Source of the DNA: an uncultured delta proteobacterium
Lineage (GTDB): Bacteria > Bdellovibrionota > FAC87 > UBA2466
DNA: 64,000 nt
Direction: 5' to 3'
NCBI GenBank assembly: GCA_963778115.1
Contig: CAVZSV010000004.1
Location: 896,001 to 960,000 of the forward strand
This document shows, one piece after another, positions 49,492 to 58,714 of this stretch. A program made the position numbers and the translations under genes. The stretch's first letter is position 1, and each line of letters opens with the position of its first letter. Below the pieces are notes generated by a model that did not search any database, was not told the DNA's origin, and saw nothing but the letters and a program-made list of their open reading frames with translations.

Positions 49492-49644
49492 TCCTGTTTT
49501 TACACTCCCAGGAAAAAATTCTCTGGTGTCAGATTGTCTCCGTGATGGCACGAAAGCCCCTAAATGGGTTCGAAATTGGGTCAGTTTCGGGACAGTGTGC
49601 CTAAAATTGGGGGAAGCTACGCACGAATGGGCTCGAATAGGCAA

Positions 49645-49660
49645 TGGCACGCGCGTTGCA
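49645..49660 (+). promoter_or_regulatory. sigma54 (-24/-12) promoter, consensus match
   Basis: TGGCACGCGCGTTGCA matches TGGCACG-N4-TTGCW; lies in a ~410-bp gap. Confidence 0.8.
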
Positions 49661-49676
49661 CTAGAGTCTTACCGAG

Positions 49677-49880
49677 ATGGATACGTTGAAAACAAATTCG
49701 GTAACGGAAACGGGAGAAGCAAAAAGAACCGACACTTCATTATTCTGCTATACCCTTCGTCATCTTCCAAATTCCTTCCTAACGGCCGCACTGGATGCGC
49801 CCGTTACTCTACATAACGGTTCACTGCAAGCTCCCGTTTCCGATCCGTCTCCCTCTCGACACTTCTCTTTTCTTTCTTAA
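49677..49880 (+). CDS. Small hypothetical protein (67 aa) behind the sigma54 promoter
   Basis: ATG lies ~5 nt after the expected sigma54 start site; ends 23 bp before the next gene; no family recognised. Confidence 0.35.
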   Translation: MDTLKTNSVTETGEAKRTDTSLFCYTLRHLPNSFLTAALDAPVTLHNGSLQAPVSDPSPSRHFSFLS

Positions 49881-49903
49881 TCGCATAAGCGAATATCTCG
49901 TAT

Positions 49904-51055
49904 ATGAAAGACGAATCCTTAGTAAATCACCCTCCCAAAGTTAACGTTAATCCCGGCAATCCGCCGCTCGTGTCCCCTATTTATCAAAGTGTTAAGTTCA
50001 CCGTGGAATCGGTTGAGATGCTTGGAGATCCTGAGAATTTTTTCTATTCTCGCATCAGCAATCCCACGGTACGCCAGTTGGAGCTTATGGTTGCCCAGCT
50101 CCAAGGGGGCGAAGACGCCATCGCCGTATCCAGTGGAATTGCCGCTATCTCAAGTTGCCTCATCAGCCTTCTAAAATCGGGCGATCACGTGATTCTCTTT
50201 GTGGAGTCCTATAAGCCAACACGTTTTTTGGTCCTTAATCTCTTAAAAAAGTTCGGGGTCACTTCAAGCCTGCTCTCCCTTCACGACACGGCGGGTTTTG
50301 TGAAAGCATTGAAGCAACACCCGACTCGGCTTGTCTTACTAGAATGCCCGACCAACCCCATGACCCGAATCCCGGATCTCGATTTTATTACTCAGACGGC
50401 TCGATCCCATGGGGCGTTGACCCTTTTGGACAATACGTTTGCGGGAATTCATAACTTGGGGAAGACCCAGGTCGATCTGTTCGTCCATAGCCTGACAAAA
50501 TTTGGCAACGGCCACGGCGATGTTCTGGGAGGGATCATCGTAGGCGCCAAAAAACTTATCAGTGGGATCCGTCAGGATTATATTTGCCTGGGGCCCGTTC
50601 TGGATCCCCATGCAGCCTACTTGATCTTGCGAGGGCTAAAAACGTATTTTCTACGCTTCGAACGTCAGAGTAGAAACGCCGGCGAAGTGGCCCAATGGCT
50701 ATCGAAGCATCCTAACGCCGACAAGGTCTTTTACCCGGGACTGGAATCCCACCCCGAACATGAACGTGCCAAAAAACTCCTCAAAGACTTTGGAGCTATT
50801 ATTGCCTTTGACGTGAAGGGGGACGGAGCGACCGCGATGGCCTTTTTAAATCGCCTGAAGATGGTTCCCGTAGCAGCAAGCTTAGGATCCACCGATTCTC
50901 TGGCAACCCCCGCCAAACTGTTTTTTGCGAGCGACTTTGATGCCGATAAGCTTCTACTCTCTGGAATCACGGACAAGACCGTGCGGCTTTCGATTGGAAT
51001 TGAAGCCATCGAAGATATTCTGGCGGATTTGGATCAGGCATTAAGAAATATTTAA
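49904..51055 (+). CDS. Cys/Met metabolism PLP enzyme (cystathionine gamma-synthase/lyase family)
   Basis: YSRISNPT, SSGIAA, ECPTNP, DNTF, HSLTKFGNGHGD, SLG, VRLSIGIE. Confidence 0.92.
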   Translation: MKDESLVNHPPKVNVNPGNPPLVSPIYQSVKFTVESVEMLGDPENFFYSRISNPTVRQLELMVAQLQGGEDAIAVSSGIAAISSCLISLLKSGDHVILFVESYKPTRFLVLNLLKKFGVTSSLLSLHDTAGFVKALKQHPTRLVLLECPTNPMTRIPDLDFITQTARSHGALTLLDNTFAGIHNLGKTQVDLFVHSLTKFGNGHGDVLGGIIVGAKKLISGIRQDYICLGPVLDPHAAYLILRGLKTYFLRFERQSRNAGEVAQWLSKHPNADKVFYPGLESHPEHERAKKLLKDFGAIIAFDVKGDGATAMAFLNRLKMVPVAASLGSTDSLATPAKLFFASDFDADKLLLSGITDKTVRLSIGIEAIEDILADLDQALRNI

Positions 51056-51149
51056 CCTGCCGCGTCGCTCCGCCCCTCGCCACGACCCTCCGCTTCGATT
51101 AAACTAATAAGCAGCGCCCGCTACTTGTTTTTCTCGGGGTAAAGATCAC

Positions 51150-52811
51150 ATGCAAGGCAAACCAAAATTCTTGGGTATCTTTTTAGTGTTGGCGCTTTTT
51201 GGATGCGGAGAAAGTCCACCCGCGACAGGGGAACGCGATCTGGCGGCAATAGCCCCCGCTGCCTCCGCTCCCGATGTTGTTCCTATAGATGACGCTGAGT
51301 TAACGCAAAAGGAACAGGCAGAACTCTTTGATACGTACCTGAAAGACGGGCTTTCACCACCTGAAACGGAAGCCATTGTAGAGGATTGCGAGAAAAATAC
51401 TTCGGACAGTATTTTCTGCTATGGGCTGGTCAATCGGGACAGACTCGAAAAGTTGGTCGAGACCAGCAATAAAATCGTAACTCCACGATCGGGCATTACG
51501 GTCCGCCCTCGTTTTAGTCACGGAAAGTTAAAAAATTGGCTGGAGCTTCGCTTTGCCTCGGTCGGCTCGCTTATTCGAGGGATTCAAACCGCCCGCCCCT
51601 CGGAGCTATCAAAACTTTATACTGCGGCGATGAAGGAGAATGGCTGTCCTAATAATATAGCCGTCGCTATCGCCACTTCGAGAGAAGACCTTTTGCCGGA
51701 TCGGGCACAGCCTTCGGAGATAGCCAAGCTATATCAAAAGGGTGGCGACTGCCTCACCAAAGACCCTGCCAACCAAGAGTCACTGCTCACCCGCGGCGGC
51801 TTATTTTATTTTCTTGATAAGAAGTACGAACTCGCTGAACCCCTTTTTCGCAAAGCTTCTCAAGCGCAAACCGCCTATGTGGGAAGAGCCCTCTACTGGT
51901 TGTACCGCACCCGAATAGCCCGTGGACATAAGATCCAAGCGCAGACAACACTCGAAGAACTAAAAAAGAGATACCCTTTCTCTTTCCATGCTCTCGTTGC
52001 GCTAACGGCAAACAATCTCGACCCCGGCGATATCTTGCTTAAAACCGAAGGGCACGAACTCACTCGCTCTAAACAACATCCCGATATGAATCCCCTTATC
52101 GAGGAAGTAGAGATTCTGCGTAAGTACGGCTATAAAGAAAGCGCTTCTCGAGTTCTAAAATGGGCAGTGGCGGATTCCAAAGAGGCCGAGCCAGAGGTGC
52201 GGTTGTATCTTGCGGAGTTAAAGCCTGACGACGAAAACTATCGTTCTAAAATTACTCTGCTCTCCGATGTTCTTTATAAAAACCCCCAGCTTATTTCCCG
52301 CCAGACGATGGAACTCTATTTTCCCAAGGTATTATTTCCCATTTTCGCTCAGAACACGACAGGTCTTGATCCCTATTTGCTGCTCTCAGTCGCGCGGCAG
52401 GAGAGTGCCTTCGACCCGTCGGCAGTATCGTCGGCCCATGCCAGAGGGTTATTGCAACTTAATGTGGCCACTGGAAAACATTACCAGAATGCTCCGCCTC
52501 CTAACCTTTTCGACCCCAATGACAACGTTCGGATAGCCGCTATGTACTTAACCGATCTGTTGAAAAGATCGAACGGCCAAATCCACTTGGCTTTAGCCGC
52601 TTACAATTCGGGCGAGAGTCATGTCTCGGCATGGACGGCAAGATATGCGACAAACGAACCTATTCTGTTTATTGATCTCATCCCTTACCGCGAGACACGC
52701 GATTACGTCGCTTCGGTGCTTAGAAACTACTATTGGTATCGAAGGATCCATTTGAACTCCTCCCCTTCGACAGAGAAGGAGCTTTTCAATATGAATCTCA
52801 CACAATACTAA
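51150..52811 (+). CDS. Soluble lytic transglycosylase (Slt-type) lipoprotein with TPR-like region
   Basis: Lipobox LFGC; ARQESAF, ARGLLQL, AAYNSG, IPYRETRDYV. Confidence 0.92.
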   Translation: MQGKPKFLGIFLVLALFGCGESPPATGERDLAAIAPAASAPDVVPIDDAELTQKEQAELFDTYLKDGLSPPETEAIVEDCEKNTSDSIFCYGLVNRDRLEKLVETSNKIVTPRSGITVRPRFSHGKLKNWLELRFASVGSLIRGIQTARPSELSKLYTAAMKENGCPNNIAVAIATSREDLLPDRAQPSEIAKLYQKGGDCLTKDPANQESLLTRGGLFYFLDKKYELAEPLFRKASQAQTAYVGRALYWLYRTRIARGHKIQAQTTLEELKKRYPFSFHALVALTANNLDPGDILLKTEGHELTRSKQHPDMNPLIEEVEILRKYGYKESASRVLKWAVADSKEAEPEVRLYLAELKPDDENYRSKITLLSDVLYKNPQLISRQTMELYFPKVLFPIFAQNTTGLDPYLLLSVARQESAFDPSAVSSAHARGLLQLNVATGKHYQNAPPPNLFDPNDNVRIAAMYLTDLLKRSNGQIHLALAAYNSGESHVSAWTARYATNEPILFIDLIPYRETRDYVASVLRNYYWYRRIHLNSSPSTEKELFNMNLTQY

Positions 52812-52817
52812 GATTTT

Positions 52818-53618
52818 TTATTCCGCGGCTTTTTTATCTTTATCCCAAGGTTGCGCTACGGGGATCTTATTATCCACTTGAGTGGTGAGTATTCCTTGTT
52901 CCAGCTTGAGATACTCCGCTCGAATCGCGGTAATGATCTCCTCTTTTCCACGACTCCAAATAAACGCGTTCACATCGGGAACCGCGATAATGCGACTCAG
53001 CCAATTCCATTCGTCGGCACAGCTCACCACTCCCGTTGCTTTATCGGTTTTAACTCGAGTACAGATCTCGGCCCTTGCGATACAAAGATTCTTATCCAGA
53101 GGGTTCTCCACGGGCTTCACCTGCCAGAGTGACTGGTGATAAAACTCATCTTTCTTGAATCTGACAAGAAAAGTAAGAAGTTCGGAAGTTACCTTAATCT
53201 GAGAAAAAGAGAGTAAGACGGCGAGATCGTCATCCAACTTTTTTTCTTTATTACTTTTAGTCCAAAACCATAAAGGCAACGGCTTAACTTTTTCCGCAAT
53301 CTTATCCGCGTCTGGCTTTTCATCGATGGCACAGGAGACCCCGTTATCGGTCGCTGTAGCAACGATCTTTGCTTTAATGACTGTCTCTTTGGCTGGAGAA
53401 TAATCCACCCCCAAAGCACCCGTTTGGAGCCAATCTGAGTTTCCGGCGCCAACCGATTCCAATTTTACCTGAGTGGCAGCGCTATCGGTCATAGCTAACA
53501 ATTCGCCCTCACCGGAAGCAAGGGGAGCCTTTTGGCAGGCCGTCAGTAGCATCGCGACGATTAGGCTAAGGAATCGCAGATGGATTGTGGATAGTAGATT
53601 AGTTATTTTCATGCTCAC
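52818..53618 (-). CDS. Hypothetical lipoprotein
   Basis: Lipobox LTAC; downstream of and codirectional with the fused spermidine synthase. Confidence 0.75.
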   Translation of the reverse strand: MSMKITNLLSTIHLRFLSLIVAMLLTACQKAPLASGEGELLAMTDSAATQVKLESVGAGNSDWLQTGALGVDYSPAKETVIKAKIVATATDNGVSCAIDEKPDADKIAEKVKPLPLWFWTKSNKEKKLDDDLAVLLSFSQIKVTSELLTFLVRFKKDEFYHQSLWQVKPVENPLDKNLCIARAEICTRVKTDKATGVVSCADEWNWLSRIIAVPDVNAFIWSRGKEEIITAIRAEYLKLEQGILTTQVDNKIPVAQPWDKDKKAAE

Positions 53619-53663
53619 TTTTCCCCCCAGGACAACACTACCTAAAGGGAACGGAGCGGCCTG

Positions 53664-56630
53664 TCAACCAGGCGAGTTGGTGTCGAGCTCGACCATCTTC
53701 ACCAAAATATCCTTGGCTTCCTTTAGTTTTCCGTAGTTATTCATCGAAGGAGGAAGCGTGTCGAACCAACGCAAGTACTCGGACACACTGGCTTTAAATT
53801 CGACCCCGCGAAGCCTCGCTGTCTCAAAAGTAAGGATCTTCTCAAGCAGACATTCCCCGTACATGCTATCCAGACCAGAGACGACTTTCATGCAGTAATC
53901 TAACCGACCCAAAATATATTCGACAGGAAAGTAAGCGATCGGGGAATAGTATTTTTTGTAAACGTCGAACATGTCGTAAACGACTTGCAGTTCGTTAGGT
54001 CCAAAACTCTTCCCTTTGGGCGGGGTCGTATATTGCTCAAGGCTTGCTAAATCTCGGTTTGAAGGAGGATTTTCATACACGCGGCTGGGATCAAATTTTG
54101 GATTTCGCATCTTAAGAGCCGCTAAAGTTTCATCACACAAAGTGGCATTCTTGCTCACAGCGGTGTCGCAAAAGCTCTGACGAAAGGCTTGCAACTGACC
54201 ATCATTAGGGACCCTTCCATTCGTGTAATCCGTTAAAAGAGAATCCGAGACGGAAGCATAATACTCTTTGAATTGCCGTCGCAGACTCTCGACATTGGAA
54301 CTCGAATTGGCAAAGAAAGCTTTGGCGGCGGCATTACTAAGAAGAGGGCTTTCTAGTTGGTGGACTAAAGAGCCCTCTCCCATCACTTTACTGAGCGAAA
54401 AGGGAACGACCTCGAGTGCCAAGACCGTAGGGAACGTCGTAATCCCAGCTTCAAAAAGAGCTTTCTGGAGCTTGTCGCTGCTTTCGAAACGCCGCTCACC
54501 TCGGCGAAGGTCACTTCGGTCGAAGGGCTCGTCGCTTCCGATAAGGGCGTAATCCCCCCCTCTTAACTGAAATACCGAGACGGCCGAAAAAGAAGTCCCC
54601 ATGGTCTTAAGCACCATGCGAAAGAGTTGATCGTCGAAAGAATAGGTGTGAATCCACTGAACGAAGAGCCCCCCGGGAAGAAGCTTGCGCTTGGCCAGGG
54701 AATAAAACTCTTTGCTGTAGAGGTTTTCAATGCCTGCCACCCAGGGATTGCTGGGTTCGCTAACGATGAAGCTGAAACTTTTATTTGTCCCCTCGAGATA
54801 ACGAAAAGCGTCCATCTCATTAAAGTGCACTTTGGCCTGCTGTGAGGCTTTTCCATTGTAGGGATCAAAAAGGTTAGCGTGTTCAATGAGCGTTCCTGAG
54901 ATTTCAGCCACTTCGATGTCTTTGATATCGTCGTAATCAGCCAAAAGGCCGATGGTGGTACCCGTTCCAAAGCCGATGACACAGACCTTTTCTAGATCCT
55001 TCGCGAGCAGACCGGGAATGTGGGCCAGCATCGAAGTCGTGAAGTAATCGCCCCGCGTATTGCCGTCGGATTTTCCGTTAATAATGATCGTGCGCGAAAG
55101 TTCATGGCCGTCCATGGTACTTGAGCCGATACCTACGGAAGTATTGGGGCCATCTTTATAAAACAGATATTGAGTGGATCTCCCCAGGTAGTTATAAAAA
55201 GCTTCCGCTCCATTATAGGTCACATTAGGAATGGGTTGCGGATGGCGAAAAGGTTGAATGTAGGAACTCTTCGAATAAAGAGGCGACAAAAAGGTCAGAG
55301 CCAGAAATCCTGCGACGACGAAACCCGAGGACCACAGCTCGCCTTTGGAAATCTTTTTGGTACTCCAGACCAGGTAGCCCGCCGCAATGACGGCGAAAGC
55401 GGAAAGATAGACACAAAGTTTGAAAAGCTGGTCGATATTCCAAAAGTAATAAAGAAAATAGCCACCGATGAGAGCTCCAAAAACACAACCCAAAGTATTA
55501 AAACCGTACAGCTGCCCCACGCGTTGGCCCAAAGTATCTTTGTCGTCTTTCATCAAATGAAAACAAAGCGGAAGCGTCAGGCCCGCAAGTCCTATGGGAA
55601 TAAGTAAAAGAGCCGAGAACCCGACCCCTAATAGGGCTTGGTAGGGGAAGAAGGCTTCCATACTATCTCGAAAAAACGATCGAGCCACGTGCACCCAATA
55701 GGGCCAGTAAGCCCCACTGCGATACAGAAGAAATAGGCCGACAACAACCCCCATTTGGTTATAAAAAAGTCGACGAGCCGTGTAATGTTCGATGCGGCGA
55801 ACGACGAGACTGCCAATCCCAAGCCCCAAAATAAAAATGGAAACGATAAGAGTGAAATTGTAATTCGAAGAGCCCGTGGAGAGTCCCATTAATCGAATCA
55901 ATAGCGTCTGAAGGGTCAGCAGATAAAATCCGGAAAGAAATCCTAGAAACAAAAGTGCTTTGTGATAGGCCGAGAAAGGAACCGACTTTTGCCGTTTACT
56001 CTCCTTCACAGGACGAGCTTTCGACAAGGATGCCAGATAAAAATAGGCCACTGCCGCAACCAGGAGATTCCCACCGGCTGCGACTTGGACAGAGCCAACC
56101 AAACCTATCCAAGGAATTAACGCATAACCGGCCATCAGACAGCCGAAGCAGGCCCCCACCGTATTGATTCCGTAGATCATGGCGTGCGTTTTGCTGGCCT
56201 TTTCTAAATCTTCAGCAAGCCCCTGAGTGAGTAAGGGGAGAGTCCCCCCCATGAGAAAGGTAGGAAAGCCAATCAACGCGACCGACATAAAGATATCGAT
56301 AAAAAGGCTATTAACCCCAAACCAGGCGTAAAAATGAGAGGTCAAAGGTTCGGCCACTTTGAAAAGAAGTGGAAAGAGCATGGCCCATGCGCCCAGTGCC
56401 AGTTCCACAACAGCGTAGACTCGAAGCAGGTTCCAGCTCTTGGTTTTCGACCAGCGGCCGAAGCAGGCGTACCCGACGCTGATTCCCCCCAGAAAGATGG
56501 CTAGGACCACCGCCGTTGCCCGAGCCTGAGCCCCTAGGAGAATCGCCAGATAGCGGTGCCATACGACTTCGTATATCAACCCGCTCATGCCAGAGATGAA
56601 AATCAGCCCTAACCAAAGGAATCGTCGCAT
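53664..56630 (-). CDS. Fused membrane (MFS-like)/spermidine synthase-domain protein
   Basis: SGMSGLIYEVVW, MGGTLP, YGINTVG; INGKSD, VIGFGTG, DAFRYL, VSEPSNPW, LYSKEFY. Confidence 0.92.
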   Translation of the reverse strand: MRRFLWLGLIFISGMSGLIYEVVWHRYLAILLGAQARATAVVLAIFLGGISVGYACFGRWSKTKSWNLLRVYAVVELALGAWAMLFPLLFKVAEPLTSHFYAWFGVNSLFIDIFMSVALIGFPTFLMGGTLPLLTQGLAEDLEKASKTHAMIYGINTVGACFGCLMAGYALIPWIGLVGSVQVAAGGNLLVAAVAYFYLASLSKARPVKESKRQKSVPFSAYHKALLFLGFLSGFYLLTLQTLLIRLMGLSTGSSNYNFTLIVSIFILGLGIGSLVVRRIEHYTARRLFYNQMGVVVGLFLLYRSGAYWPYWVHVARSFFRDSMEAFFPYQALLGVGFSALLLIPIGLAGLTLPLCFHLMKDDKDTLGQRVGQLYGFNTLGCVFGALIGGYFLYYFWNIDQLFKLCVYLSAFAVIAAGYLVWSTKKISKGELWSSGFVVAGFLALTFLSPLYSKSSYIQPFRHPQPIPNVTYNGAEAFYNYLGRSTQYLFYKDGPNTSVGIGSSTMDGHELSRTIIINGKSDGNTRGDYFTTSMLAHIPGLLAKDLEKVCVIGFGTGTTIGLLADYDDIKDIEVAEISGTLIEHANLFDPYNGKASQQAKVHFNEMDAFRYLEGTNKSFSFIVSEPSNPWVAGIENLYSKEFYSLAKRKLLPGGLFVQWIHTYSFDDQLFRMVLKTMGTSFSAVSVFQLRGGDYALIGSDEPFDRSDLRRGERRFESSDKLQKALFEAGITTFPTVLALEVVPFSLSKVMGEGSLVHQLESPLLSNAAAKAFFANSSSNVESLRRQFKEYYASVSDSLLTDYTNGRVPNDGQLQAFRQSFCDTAVSKNATLCDETLAALKMRNPKFDPSRVYENPPSNRDLASLEQYTTPPKGKSFGPNELQVVYDMFDVYKKYYSPIAYFPVEYILGRLDYCMKVVSGLDSMYGECLLEKILTFETARLRGVEFKASVSEYLRWFDTLPPSMNNYGKLKEAKDILVKMVELDTNSPG

Positions 56631-56800
56631 CGAGTTACCTATGTCTATAGAGGTTAACCACTAAGATATCATATAGACTGCCCGAAGGGAGCGTCTGTGA
56701 TGGTGGGGGGCCTAATCACGACTCTTGATCGTAATGACAGCCGGTACGATAAATTCGGATAGATTAAGGGTAACTTTCGCGAAGCGAAAGGTGATGGGAC

Positions 56801-56825
56801 AGATGACGCTCCGAAGGAGCGCTCC
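56801..56825 (-). repeat. REP-like palindromic repeat, copy 3
   Basis: AGATGACGCTCCGAAGGAGCGCTCC immediately after the M3 peptidase stop; GAA-loop hairpin. Confidence 0.75.
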
Positions 56826-56826
56826 C

Positions 56827-58671
56827 TTAAGCCCCACTCTGTTGACTCGAAAGCCAACCTGCAAATTGCGCGGCGCAATCGGCAAAGTCCTGGTTCGGCT
56901 GATAGGCGGCAATCGTGTCGTCTCCGTGAACGAATCGAATTTCCGCGTTCAATCGGATGGGAGAGGTATCGACCGGGACCGACTTAATCCGATCGCAGAC
57001 ACGCTCTACCTGGGCACGCATCTGGTCAGACGGCATGTTCACGTGGGTAAGCATCGCTTTGGCGGAAAAATCTTCTCCGGTCAATCCGCGAACGAACTCG
57101 AAGAGGGTCTTGGAATTGCCCGGCTTCCAGTACCGCGTCGCCAATTCGGGACCCACTTTCGGATTATCGGCGATAAAGCCGTCCCGCCGCATGAAATGCT
57201 GGCGCGTCTGTTCTACCGCAAACAAGGCCAACACATACCCGTGATAGGTCGCCGAACTTTCTCCGGAAAGCAAATGAGGAACGCTCAAGATGGGACGAGA
57301 ATGGCCATGGGTCATCGCAAGACGATCTTCGGCGGAACGCACGACCTGAATCACCCGATCTACGGTTCTTTGATCGTCGGGAATCGCATAAATAGCCCTC
57401 TCACCGTACGGAACCACCATTAAACTGCGTACATTCCATGCGGCGTAGGCCCGGTCTTTGCGAACCACCGTTTCAATAAGATCGGCCGGGATGACGGAGC
57501 CTTCTTTCGTGCGCGCATACCTTCCCAACCATTGCGGATCGCTGACAAGATGATCCATGAACATGGATTGGGTCTCGGCAAATGCCATAGAAGTAGGCGA
57601 GTACTCTTGGGAGAACGCTACGGCCGGCATCTCTACGTTACTAAAGTGCGCCGCATGCCCCCCTTCGTGAAACAGGGTCTCTAGTGCCCGCTTGCCGCTT
57701 CCAATCTGCCCCGGAACTGCATTTGCGGTGAAGTTTATCCGAGCGGATCGAAATCCATTTTCATCGACGAAAGAGGGAAAAGGAGCATGCATGAATCCGT
57801 TGTGATATTTCCCGGAACGGTTAACCAAATCGACGGTAAGTTTCGCTTTTCGGAAATCGACCCCGAGTCGGGCAAAGGAACGAGCCCAGCGTTCGACGGA
57901 CGCTTCGAAATCAAAATAGGGGTCTAGTTGTTTTTCTAAGTCTCCAGAAACAAAATAGCGAAAATTCCAAGGCTCCAGCGCCGATTTACCGTGAGAGGCA
58001 ATTACTTTGTCGATGGAAGCCTGACAGGTCTTTCGAGATTGCGATTCGAAAAGGTCCAAAATCTTAAAGAGCTCATCGACGCTAAACCCTTCATTGAGCT
58101 GGACTCGATACGCATAAAAATCTTCGAAACCCATCGTGCGAGCCAAACGGTTCCGCATCTTCACGAGGTCTAAAAAGCCGTTGTCTAAAACAAACCTCTC
58201 CATCGATCGCAAAGCTTCAAGGGCTGCTTTTCTATCGGTCTCTTCCGGGGCAGTGCCAATCATCAATCCTAATCGGTTAAGACTTGTGGGAATTTGGACT
58301 TTTGTCTTTTGGTCCACATACCCCCAGGCATTTTTTTGGACCTTCGATTGAATTTCCGATTCAATTTGCAAGATTTCGCTTTTTAATTGCCTCGCCTCTT
58401 CACTTTCTATTGCATTTAAGGAAAACAGACGCTTCCAGCCGTTCAGCCCCACCCTTTCGGTCGGCGTCAAGGGGTCGTTCGAGAGCGCTTTTTCGATTTC
58501 GGAAATCCAAGAAGAATCTGAAATAAAATTCTGCAAAAGGACTTCGGCAGTGACAAAGGCCCCCGGGACAGCCGACTTGAGTCCCATTTTCTCACTCCAG
58601 AAGGCCTCTTCTTTTGGAATATGGAGACTAAGGTAGGTTTCGTTGAGACGCTGCAGTAAAGTTTGCTTCAT
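56827..58671 (-). CDS. M3 family oligopeptidase
   Basis: RNRLAR..GFED, RSGKY, TLFHEGGHAAH (HExxH), AETQS, YHGYVLA. Likely start is ATG 58671. Confidence 0.9.
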   Translation of the reverse strand: MKQTLLQRLNETYLSLHIPKEEAFWSEKMGLKSAVPGAFVTAEVLLQNFISDSSWISEIEKALSNDPLTPTERVGLNGWKRLFSLNAIESEEARQLKSEILQIESEIQSKVQKNAWGYVDQKTKVQIPTSLNRLGLMIGTAPEETDRKAALEALRSMERFVLDNGFLDLVKMRNRLARTMGFEDFYAYRVQLNEGFSVDELFKILDLFESQSRKTCQASIDKVIASHGKSALEPWNFRYFVSGDLEKQLDPYFDFEASVERWARSFARLGVDFRKAKLTVDLVNRSGKYHNGFMHAPFPSFVDENGFRSARINFTANAVPGQIGSGKRALETLFHEGGHAAHFSNVEMPAVAFSQEYSPTSMAFAETQSMFMDHLVSDPQWLGRYARTKEGSVIPADLIETVVRKDRAYAAWNVRSLMVVPYGERAIYAIPDDQRTVDRVIQVVRSAEDRLAMTHGHSRPILSVPHLLSGESSATYHGYVLALFAVEQTRQHFMRRDGFIADNPKVGPELATRYWKPGNSKTLFEFVRGLTGEDFSAKAMLTHVNMPSDQMRAQVERVCDRIKSVPVDTSPIRLNAEIRFVHGDDTIAAYQPNQDFADCAAQFAGWLSSQQSGA

Positions 58672-58678
58672 GGGCTTC

Positions 58679-58707
58679 AGTGTAGAAAACCGAAGACCGA
58701 GCTTCAA
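58679..58707 (-). promoter_or_regulatory. sigma70-type promoter of the M3 peptidase (leaderless geometry)
   Basis: TTGAAG-N17-TACACT, then 7 nt to ATG 58671; no SD. Confidence 0.6.
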
Positions 58708-58714
58708 CCACTTT

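Noticed and set aside
56725..57423. 232-aa plus-strand ORF
   Set aside because: Antisense to the clear M3 peptidase; no motifs.
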